Shown: positions 40,983 to 48,317 of the stretch, one piece after another
Layout: every line of letters begins with the position of its first letter
Position numbering within the stretch: position 1 is the stretch's first letter
Assembly (NCBI GenBank): GCA_965205505.1
Contig: CBDBHB010000009.1
Location: 576,001-640,000, forward strand
Length of the DNA stretch: 64,000 nucleotides
DNA from: Acidobacteriota bacterium
GTDB taxonomy: Bacteria; Acidobacteriota; UBA890; WLXD01
Reading direction: 5' to 3'
Program-made: the position numbers and the translations under genes
Notes under the pieces: generated by a model
Seen by the model: the letters and a program-made list of their open reading frames with translations, nothing else
Databases searched by the model: none
Told to the model about the DNA's origin: nothing

Positions 40983-41522
40983 ATGAGCACCGACAAAGAG
41001 TTCGCGTCCACGCTGGTGGAGCAGTACCACCAGCTCACCAGTCGCGCCGACGAAATCAAAGTCGAGCGGTCGAACCTACACGAGCAGCAGGAAGCGCTCT
41101 CCACCGAGCTAACCAAGGTCGAGAACCTGCTACTCGGGATCTGGGACCTACTCGATGAGATCGGCGACTCCAGCAAGCTCCTCGGAGCGGATCTTCCGTT
41201 CAAAATCCCCGAAGAGGACGTGTCGGCCGACGAAGCGATTCTGACGCACCTTGCCAAGCGCTCGGAGCCTCGCGCCGTGCAGAAGGTCGCCATACTCATC
41301 TCCGCGAAGGGACTCCTCGGGCTGGGCGAGTACACGGATTCCGGTATTCGGTCAGCCATCGCCCGCGCTTGCAAGCGTGGCGATCTAGAACGTGTGGGGC
41401 GGGGCAGGGTCCGATTATCAGAAGAGGCGGTTGAGAAGTACGAGCCCAAGTCAAGTGGCGGTGGTGCTGGTGTTGTCATTCATGGAGGCGCCCTCGTGAA
41501 TGACGACGACATTCCGTTCTAG
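40983..41522 (+). CDS. Coiled-coil plus winged-helix protein with an SSB-type C-terminal DDDIPF tail
   Basis: GGAG RBS; N-terminal heptads; DSGIRSAIARACKRGDLERVGRGRVRL wHTH-like segment; Gly-rich linker ending NDDDIPF. Confidence 0.7.
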   Translation: MSTDKEFASTLVEQYHQLTSRADEIKVERSNLHEQQEALSTELTKVENLLLGIWDLLDEIGDSSKLLGADLPFKIPEEDVSADEAILTHLAKRSEPRAVQKVAILISAKGLLGLGEYTDSGIRSAIARACKRGDLERVGRGRVRLSEEAVEKYEPKSSGGGAGVVIHGGALVNDDDIPF

Positions 41523-41559
41523 AAAAAGAGCCCGCCGCTGCGGTAACAGCGACGGGCTC
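41521..41559 (-). terminator. Intrinsic terminator-like hairpin for minus-strand transcripts
   Basis: GAGCCCGCCGCTG-CGGTAA-CAGCGACGGGCTC preceded by AGAAAAA (U-tract on the minus strand). Confidence 0.6.
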
Positions 41560-41573
41560 CAACTACTCATGAT

Positions 41574-41647
41574 GGCACCGTAGACAAACTGGCAAAGTCG
41601 CCCGGCTAGCAAACTGGGAGATCCGGGTCCGAATCCCGGCGGTGCCT
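41574..41647 (+). tRNA. tRNA-Cys-like RNA or pseudo-tRNA with an 8-nt anticodon loop
   Basis: Acceptor GGCACCG/CGGTGCC with U73; D arm GAC-AAACTGGCAAA-GTC; anticodon arm CCCGG-CTAGCAAA-CTGGG; T arm CCGGG-TCCGAAT-CCCGG; no encoded CCA. Confidence 0.7.
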
Positions 41648-41685
41648 CACTTGTTTCACTCCCGCTAGCAAACAGGAGGTAGCTC

Positions 41686-41730
41686 ATGAGCTACACGCGG
41701 ATTCTACCGCGTGGCCCGCCAGCCGCGTAA
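41686..41730 (+). CDS. Possible 14-aa peptide MSYTRILPRGPPAA
   Basis: Strong AGGAGGT RBS 5 nt upstream; the ATG sits inside the perfect palindrome GTAGCTCATGAGCTAC. Confidence 0.3.
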   Translation: MSYTRILPRGPPAA

Positions 41731-41885
41731 CCCTGAAACGCGCAAGGGGCCGGGGTTGCGTCTCGCGATTGCGCCCCGGCCACCTAAAAGTCGCCCGGCC
41801 CGCTGCCGTTAAGGTTGCGGCGACCGAGTGGGCGCTTGACGACCTGCTCGTGTGGGAAGCGCCTTACTGAGTAGCGTGGCCAGAC

Positions 41886-42443
41886 CTAGCAGCACTGCCG
41901 CGCAGCGCGACTATACGAGCTGTAGATTTCGACCTGTGGCGGCCGAGGGCGATTTATCCAATTGGCTAGACGCCGCAGTAGTCTGCGCAGCCAGGCATGA
42001 TCAGCGAGCAAACGGATCAGCACGCTGTTATCGTAGATGATCTTCAAAATCGCGTCGAAATACGAGGAGACAACCCTCTCCACCCGTTCATCTCCCAGAG
42101 ACCTGATCTGGTGTCGTAGCTCAGCGAGCCTCTTCTGCTCCGCAGGGTCTTTTCCGGAGCGCCGCCCCTCTTCGATTACGGCTACGAAGTTCCGAAAGTT
42201 CAGGTGATCTACGTTTCTTACTAGCTTGTTGGTGGTCCCATAGAACGTCGTAAAGATCATGTTGTCTTCTGACAGGCGCTTTTCTGCGACCAGTTGCACC
42301 AGCTCATCACGTACCGCATACAACCCATATGCTCTTATCTCTCGATCAACGCGGCGTAAGCGCCACCGCGCAACCACGAGTGACGCCGCTAGGACGAAAG
42401 CGACCACCGTCAAAACTGCGATGTCAGCCAGACTCATCGTCAT
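41886..42443 (-). CDS. Hypothetical protein with N-terminal TM anchor (island)
   Basis: TM helix then LYAVRDELVQLVAE...NKLVRN.DHL; overlaps the upstream gene; GGAG RBS. Confidence 0.7.
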   Translation of the reverse strand: MTMSLADIAVLTVVAFVLAASLVVARWRLRRVDREIRAYGLYAVRDELVQLVAEKRLSEDNMIFTTFYGTTNKLVRNVDHLNFRNFVAVIEEGRRSGKDPAEQKRLAELRHQIRSLGDERVERVVSSYFDAILKIIYDNSVLIRLLADHAWLRRLLRRLANWINRPRPPQVEIYSSYSRAARQCC

Positions 42444-42714
42444 CTCCCTCGCTAAGGGGAAGGTCGCTCTGGTACCTAGAGTCGCTCGACAGCCTCTCTC
42501 TTAGTATGACGTCCTGGAGCTTGTTCCGGTTCTCCACGAGGCGCGTGATTTCCGCGTTTTTGTCTTCCAATCGCCGCTCATACATTCGATGAAACTGGTA
42601 GACGTACAACGCCAACAGGAGAAAGAGCAGTGCTGCGAAAGGCTCGTATTGGGTCCAAACATCCTCGATGATTCGGCGCAACAAGTCTGCCCAGCCGGAT
42701 GAAACTTGCTGCAT
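42424..42714 (-). CDS. Small single-TM plus coiled-coil hypothetical protein (island)
   Basis: FAALLFLLLALYVY TM followed by YERRLEDKNAEITRLVENRNKLQD coiled coil; coupled to the next gene. Confidence 0.65.
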   Translation of the reverse strand: MQQVSSGWADLLRRIIEDVWTQYEPFAALLFLLLALYVYQFHRMYERRLEDKNAEITRLVENRNKLQDVILRERLSSDSRYQSDLPLSEGDDDESG

Positions 42715-42922
42715 CGAGAGTCCGAGACTTGGTGACTGGAGACGGTCGATAGCGCGCCGCTTGCCGGCCTACCATCGGTCACGGTCAGCATCGGAGTGGG
42801 CGATTCTCCTCGGAAATGGATCACGCGAACTGTTGCATCGATTTTCGCAGCCCGCAAGGTGCGGAGTGTCTGTAGTTTGAACAGAAGAGGCACGAAATTG
42901 TCTCCTTCCGTATCTGAGCCGA

Positions 42923-42982
42923 GAAAAATCCATGCCGGTCTACGTTTCAGTGACTTTCATAATGGGACACTACCCAGAAGTG
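42923..42982 (+). repeat. Right 60-bp direct repeat (att/dif-like)
   Basis: Partner of 40694-40753. Confidence 0.85.
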
Positions 42983-42984
42983 AC

Positions 42985-43014
42985 TTGACATTAACGTTTG
43001 ATTTGTCGTACAAT
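42985..43014 (+). promoter_or_regulatory. Near-consensus sigma70 promoter
   Basis: TTGACA-N18-TACAAT. Confidence 0.65.
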
Positions 43015-43019
43015 CTTCT

Positions 43020-43069
43020 GATTGATGCTGTAAACGCTCCGTCCGGGCAGCCGCCGGGCGGTTTTTTTT
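43020..43069 (+). ncRNA. Candidate small RNA of about 50 nt
   Basis: Lies between the promoter and a terminator, with no convincing plus-strand gene downstream. Confidence 0.4.
43039..43069 (+). terminator. Rho-independent terminator
   Basis: CCGTCCGG-GCAGCCG-CCGGGCGG followed by T8. Confidence 0.8.
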
Positions 43070-43333
43070 GTCCCACGGACGGACGTCGCCGGCACGCGCG
43101 TAACCCGGATCTGATCGTCGTTCTCTTCCAGGGACCAGACTCGTGACGCGATGGACTTCTGTGGATCCTTCTCGGGTGTTGCCATTGCTATGGCGCTGAG
43201 CACGCCCCCGAGCGGCCGCTTCAGCCGCGGATCATCACGAATCCGTCGCCGTGAAGGGGGGCGCGGACTCTAGCATGCTCGGTCTCGCCGCCTGCCAGCC
43301 CGGCTGGTAGACGAGCATTGCCGCGGATGCCGG

Positions 43334-45163
43334 CTAGCTGAGTGAGAGCACACGTTCGACCTCTGCCGCGACCTCGGTGGCGAGCTCGGCGCACTCGGCC
43401 AGCGCGTTCCCGATGTCGCTCCGCATCTCGGCGCCGAATTCAGCGTCGTCGATGTGCCGCAGGTTGATGCGCACGTTGTAGGCCGCCGCCTGCGCCCCTG
43501 CGTGTGCCAGCAGCGCACCGGTGCCGGCGTCGCTGATCATCTCGGGGTCGGCCATCGCGGCGATCTCACGGCAAACGCGAAGCGCATCGCGACACTGCTG
43601 CACGGTGGCCAGCGGTACGCGGGTGGCAGCCTTGTAGCCCTCCTGCATGGATTCGGCGCGCTCTGCCTGCTGGGCTTCGGTGTCGCGCGGCATACGCATG
43701 GCGTCGAGCACCTTGTCGAAGGCGCTGGTGTCGGCGTCGACGCCACGCAGCAGGGCGTCCTTGACGGCCTGGCCGCGCTCGGCGATCGAGCAGAGCTCGT
43801 CGTACCGGTCGCTAAACTCTCCCTTGCCGACGCTGAGGTTGGCCACCATGGCGGCGAGGGCGCCGCCCAGCGCGCCTGCCAGTGCAGCGACCGAGCCGCC
43901 GCCCGGCGCCGGCGTGTCGCGCGATACCTCGTCGACGAAGTCAAAGGTGGTGCGGTTCACGAGCGGGCCGTCGATCAGCGGCATCGCCAACACCTTTTCG
44001 CCGGCCTCGAACGGCGCCACGTCGCGCAGCCCCATCGATTGAATCGCCGTCTCCATCAGGTCGGGCACCGGCGCGCCGGTCGATTTGCGCATGCGGCGCA
44101 CGTAGAACAGCGCCGCCTCGCGCATGACCTCGTAGGGCACCACGCCGACGATCTCGGAGCCGGTGATCACGATGCCCCGCTCACCGGCCACTTCACGCGT
44201 TGCCTCGAACACCTCGTGCAGCGGCGCCTCCTTGGTGTTGGTGAGGTTCATGCTCACCTGGGCGCGCTTGAACTCCTCGATCACCCAGCCGATGCCCTTG
44301 ACGTGGGTGAACAGTCCGTCCGTGTAGACCGGACCGGTCGGGTTGTCGGGATCGATGCCCAGGTCGTCGTAGCGCTGGCGCAGATCGCCACCGTGCTCCT
44401 TGCAATAGTGGGCCGCGAGCTCATCGAACGACTTGCCGACGAAGTCGCAAGGGCCGCACGGGTAGGTGCCATCTTCGGGAAACTTCACCACCGTGCCCTT
44501 GTAGTAGAAGGGCTCGATGTTGCCGGTGCGCTTCCAACGTCCGCGCTCACGCACCGCGTAGGCAATCTCATTGGCATAGCGCCGGTCGGTGGTGTTCAGA
44601 TCGACGTTGTAGGCGACGAGGAACTCGCGCGCTCCGACCGCGGTGGCGCCGGCACCGGCGTTGAGCTCGGAGGGACCGAAGTCGGGCGCCCACTCCGGGT
44701 CGGCCAGCTTGTCTTCGAGTCCCTCGTACTCTCCCGCTCGCACCCGCGACAGGTTGCGCCGCTGCGGACGGCTGGCGGCGTTCTCGTACAAGTACACGGG
44801 GATTCCCAGCTCGGTACCGATGCGCTCGCCCACCTGCCGCGCGATCTCGGCGCAATCCTCCATGGTGACACCGGAAACCGGCACGAACGGCAACACGTCG
44901 GTGGCGCCGAAGCGCGGATGGGCGCCGGAGTGCTGGCGCATGTCGATCAGCTCGGCGGCGCGCCGCACCGACTGGAACGCGGCCTCGGCAACGGCTTCCG
45001 GCTCGCCGACGAAGGTCACCACCGTGCGGTTGGTATCGGCGCCGGGGTCGACGTCGATCAGCCGCACGCCGGAAACGCTCTGGATGGCGGAGGTGATCTC
45101 CTGGATAACGCTCTCGTCCCGACCCTCCGAGAAGTTGGGGACACACTCGACGATGCGATCCAT
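43334..45163 (-). CDS. ftcD: Glutamate formiminotransferase-cyclodeaminase fusion with an internal insertion
   Basis: IVECVPNFSEGR, HPRFGATDV.PFVP, AQVSMNL; C-terminal TPAPGGGSVAAL and NVRINL cyclodeaminase motifs. Confidence 0.93.
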   Translation of the reverse strand: MDRIVECVPNFSEGRDESVIQEITSAIQSVSGVRLIDVDPGADTNRTVVTFVGEPEAVAEAAFQSVRRAAELIDMRQHSGAHPRFGATDVLPFVPVSGVTMEDCAEIARQVGERIGTELGIPVYLYENAASRPQRRNLSRVRAGEYEGLEDKLADPEWAPDFGPSELNAGAGATAVGAREFLVAYNVDLNTTDRRYANEIAYAVRERGRWKRTGNIEPFYYKGTVVKFPEDGTYPCGPCDFVGKSFDELAAHYCKEHGGDLRQRYDDLGIDPDNPTGPVYTDGLFTHVKGIGWVIEEFKRAQVSMNLTNTKEAPLHEVFEATREVAGERGIVITGSEIVGVVPYEVMREAALFYVRRMRKSTGAPVPDLMETAIQSMGLRDVAPFEAGEKVLAMPLIDGPLVNRTTFDFVDEVSRDTPAPGGGSVAALAGALGGALAAMVANLSVGKGEFSDRYDELCSIAERGQAVKDALLRGVDADTSAFDKVLDAMRMPRDTEAQQAERAESMQEGYKAATRVPLATVQQCRDALRVCREIAAMADPEMISDAGTGALLAHAGAQAAAYNVRINLRHIDDAEFGAEMRSDIGNALAECAELATEVAAEVERVLSLS

Positions 45164-45283
45164 TTGAAGCCTCGTATTCACTGGGCTGGTTGGCGTTTCG
45201 GTCGGCCCATGATGCCCATGGAAACTCGAGGGCACAAACACCGCGTCCGACTAAATGGTGCCGGCTACGATATCAACCGGGTG

Positions 45284-45712
45284 CTAGCCCCCGGGAGGGT
45301 GGGGGAGTGAGAATTCCAGGCTCGGCCCGGCCAAACGGCGCGACGCTGGCATCGAGCCCGACAGGGCTTCACCGATAAGCGGCATCAGCTCGGGTGCCGC
45401 GAAGAAGATGAAACCCTCGTGGCCGACCTGCTCCACGACGATGTGGGCGCTATTCGGAAACCCTTGCATCACCTCTTCGGCGTTGGTGATCGGCGTTCGA
45501 CCGTCGAGATCGCCACTGACGAACAGCACGGGTATCGGCGATTCGATCGGCGCGCGGAACGCTTCACCGAGATCTTCAACACCCCATGCCGCACAGACAT
45601 CGGGATAGGGGAAGTCCGCGAGCGTTCCCAGCAGCGATGACTCCGATTCCTGCTGAATGCGTCGAGCGCGCTCTGCGGAAACCCCGGATGCACAGTCCAT
45701 CGCCCAGCGCAT
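45284..45712 (-). pseudogene. C-terminal fragment of a TAP-like alpha/beta hydrolase
   Basis: C..W, PVLFVSGDLDGRTP (Asp) and VGH (His) are present, but the nucleophile-bearing N-terminal domain is absent; the fragment begins right at a MITE end. Confidence 0.7.
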
Positions 45713-45713
45713 G

Positions 45714-45770
45714 CATCTGGCCCCACGACACCGTAACCAGACCCGCCAGAGTCCTTCAGCACCCTGCTAG
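45714..45770 (+). repeat. Isolated right end of a MITE subfamily
   Basis: CATCTGGCCCC...CCGTAACCAGACCCGCCAGAGTCCTTCAGCACCCTGCTAG is homologous to the right end of the 23332 copy and nearly the reverse complement of 38257-38290. Confidence 0.75.
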
Positions 45771-46399
45771 GGCGCGGTTGGAGCGTACCGTTGCTCGTAC
45801 CGTCCCACGGTGACCTCACGATCTGGCAGCGTATCCCGGATTGCCTCGGTCTCGAGGGTGCGTTGCAGCCAGGCACGCAGGTCGGGCCGCTCGTCGACCA
45901 GCTCCGCCAGACTGGTAAGCTAGCGTAACCAGTCCATGCGCGCCCAGTGCGGTGCGCAATGAAACGCGAGCAACGTGTGGACGCGCCCCTCGTCGGCGTC
46001 GACTGTGATCGCCAGCTGATCGAGCTCGCGCCCGATACGATCACGACGCTCGGGGTCGACCATTCCACCCGCCCGCATCGAATCGTAGAAGGTCTCGACG
46101 ACGATCTCGTCCCATTGCTTCATCGCCAGTCGTTGGCGGGCGCGAAGCCGCGCGTCGGATGCAAGGGCGCCCGTCCACCCACGCGTCTCGGCCAGGTACT
46201 CGTTGATCACCTGCGACTCGTACAGCGTGAAGTCGTCGTCGACCAGCATGGGCACGCGGCCGGTCGGGCTCAGAGCAAGGAACTCGGGGTCGCGATTATG
46301 CAGATCGATCTCGTGCAGCTCGAAGGGGATGTCGAGGTGGGCCAGCAGCGCCCGGATACGCTGTGCGAACGGGCACACCTGAGCGCTGTAGTGCTTCAA
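45767..46399 (-). pseudogene. Glutathione S-transferase family protein with an in-frame TAG at 45920-45922
   Basis: CPFAQR, P.GRVP.L, LYESQVINEYL. The frame continues after the TAG as LTSLAELVDERPDLRAWLQR... (typical GST C-terminal helix) to a TAG at 45767. Confidence 0.75.
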
Positions 46400-46447
46400 C
46401 GCGCGGCGACTCCGAGTGCGCTGCCCTGAGGCCGCCGGGCCGGCATC

Positions 46448-48220
46448 CTACTGCCCTCCCAGCCAGGCCCGGTCGGCGCCAGTCGGAGCGCGTTCTTCGA
46501 GGTACTCGGCCACGACTTGCACGAACTCCGAGTTGGTCAGGTCGTCGCCGGAGCCCGAGGGGCTGTAGCCGATCCAACAATGCGGCTTACGCCACCCGTA
46601 CTCGAACGACGCCTCGGCCGGCGGGTTGTCGACCCGATCGAGGAAGTCTTGCAGCAGGAACACCGCTTCCTCGAGGTAGTAGGTGTCCATGTCGCCGGTT
46701 GCCACATGCAGCTTGCCGCGCAGCGACGGGCCGATGCTCGGCCATTGCTCGCGAAGGTAGCGGTGTAGGTCGAAGTTCTCGCGCCAATACTCGGCAACCT
46801 CGCGGTCGATCACGCCGCTGACCGGGTCCCAGATTGGAGCCGGGTAGCCGTCGTCGCCGACGGGGCCGAAGACTGCTTCCCAGATCGCCCACTGGCCACC
46901 CGAGCGGCTGTTGGGTCCGCGCGCCTGCTCCATGGTGTTTTCCATGCGCACGGTCGACCTGATGTTGCCGTCCGGCCGGCGCGCGTTGGGTCGCTCTATT
47001 CGATGCCATTCGTTGCCCGTGGTATAGGCGTTGTCGTCTTCGTAGATGCCGACGATCTGGTAATAGTTGAAGTCGACCGGATCGGGGCACCAGCCCCAGG
47101 TTCCGCCGAAGACCTCAGGGTAGAAGATCTGCGCCGCAAGAGCCTCCCAGCCTCCCGTGGAGCCCCCGGCGGTGACCCGTGCCCAGGTCTCTGGAATCAT
47201 CCGGAACTGACGCTCGAGGTACGGCATCAGCTCCTCGGTTATCGCTGTGCCGTAGGGGCCGACGTTGGCGGAGTCGACGGAGTACGAGGTGTCGTAGTAC
47301 GGGTTGGCGTCGCGCAGTGTGACGGCGAACATGCGCGGGGTATCGTCGGAATCCCATAGCTCGGTGAAGCCCGCCGCCCGAGCGCGCGGAGCCTCGTCGC
47401 CATAGCCGAGCGGTGCGGCGCGCCCCGGAAAGTGACCTTGCAAGTAAAGGGTCGGGTAGCGGGTTCCCGAGCTCGCGTCATAGCCGTACGGCAGCAGCAC
47501 GTTGGCGCCGATGTACATATCGCGGCCCCAGAACTTGCTCAGCACCTCGCTACGCATCTTGACGAACTTCACGCGATCGCTGTCGCGCGGGTTGCCCTGC
47601 TGCAGCACCTCGCCGTCGCGCAATGGCTCGATCGGCGGAATGACCTGGTCGATCACCAGTTCGATGCTGCCGCCCGCCGCCGCGTCGATCCGTACACGGG
47701 TCGGTGTGCCGTAGGCGTTGCCGGGGGCGCGAAACGCCTGCTGTCCGGCTCCGGAATTCAGATGCATCTCAACAACGTGTCCGTCGTGGCGTTCGAGTCG
47801 CGTGTACACGCTCAGGAACGGCTGAACGACGTATTCTCCAGGCGGGATGGCGTCGAAGCTCGCCAGCGGATAGCCGATAACGCCACCCTCGGACATCGTG
47901 CCCGATAGGCGCGCTCCACTGGTATCGAGCGTCACCGCGTCGTTGTCGCCGAAGCCCCGCACGTCCATGCCCCAGAGCGGCACCCCGGTGACCCCTATCT
48001 GCAGGCGTGGCTCGGTGCTGGCGTCGCGCGAGAGGATCAAGAACACGCGCCCGGTGACCGGTACCGCCAAGCCGAGGGCGGCGATCCCTGTTGCCGCGTC
48101 GGTGGACAGCCGAATCTGAACGCGCAGCGCCGCGTTGGCCGGCACAGACATCGACAGGCCGGTCAGTGCCAGGACTACGGCCACCGACACCATTGCTACA
48201 ATCCAGGTCGATCGTCGCAT
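46448..48220 (-). CDS. Exported putative esterase (alpha/beta hydrolase, Fes-like family)
   Basis: Signal peptide; VLLP.GY..YP..Y, DSANVGPYG, GGSTGGW nucleophile elbow. Confidence 0.8.
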   Translation of the reverse strand: MRRSTWIVAMVSVAVVLALTGLSMSVPANAALRVQIRLSTDAATGIAALGLAVPVTGRVFLILSRDASTEPRLQIGVTGVPLWGMDVRGFGDNDAVTLDTSGARLSGTMSEGGVIGYPLASFDAIPPGEYVVQPFLSVYTRLERHDGHVVEMHLNSGAGQQAFRAPGNAYGTPTRVRIDAAAGGSIELVIDQVIPPIEPLRDGEVLQQGNPRDSDRVKFVKMRSEVLSKFWGRDMYIGANVLLPYGYDASSGTRYPTLYLQGHFPGRAAPLGYGDEAPRARAAGFTELWDSDDTPRMFAVTLRDANPYYDTSYSVDSANVGPYGTAITEELMPYLERQFRMIPETWARVTAGGSTGGWEALAAQIFYPEVFGGTWGWCPDPVDFNYYQIVGIYEDDNAYTTGNEWHRIERPNARRPDGNIRSTVRMENTMEQARGPNSRSGGQWAIWEAVFGPVGDDGYPAPIWDPVSGVIDREVAEYWRENFDLHRYLREQWPSIGPSLRGKLHVATGDMDTYYLEEAVFLLQDFLDRVDNPPAEASFEYGWRKPHCWIGYSPSGSGDDLTNSEFVQVVAEYLEERAPTGADRAWLGGQ

Positions 48221-48317
48221 GGGGGGATCTTACAGTGGTCGACGGGATCGTTCCGGAACCCCGCCACTGATTCATGACCGCCAACTGACCACGGTGTAAC
48301 GGGAGAGTGATCGGCAG

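Larger units (their letters stand above)
40694..42982. mobile_element. Integrase-less mini-island with a 2229-bp repeat period
   Basis: Visibly more AT-rich than the flanks, orphan genes, a tRNA-like RNA and flanking direct repeats; lies between two convergent housekeeping genes. Confidence 0.65.

Noticed and set aside
41574-41647. tRNA-like RNA as tRNA-Sec, an amber suppressor (CUA) or tRNA-Ala(AGC)
   Set aside because: No UCA anticodon or long variable arm; CTA is not centred after a U33; no G3-U70 pair. The identity elements fit Cys.
41886-41897. CTAGCAG at an island gene stop as another MITE end
   Set aside because: Similarity ends after 7 nt.
43015-43036. Complementarity of the candidate sRNA to island sequences (40827-40840, 41417-41425)
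   Set aside because: Only 7-9 nt matches, partly upstream of the likely start site; expected by chance.
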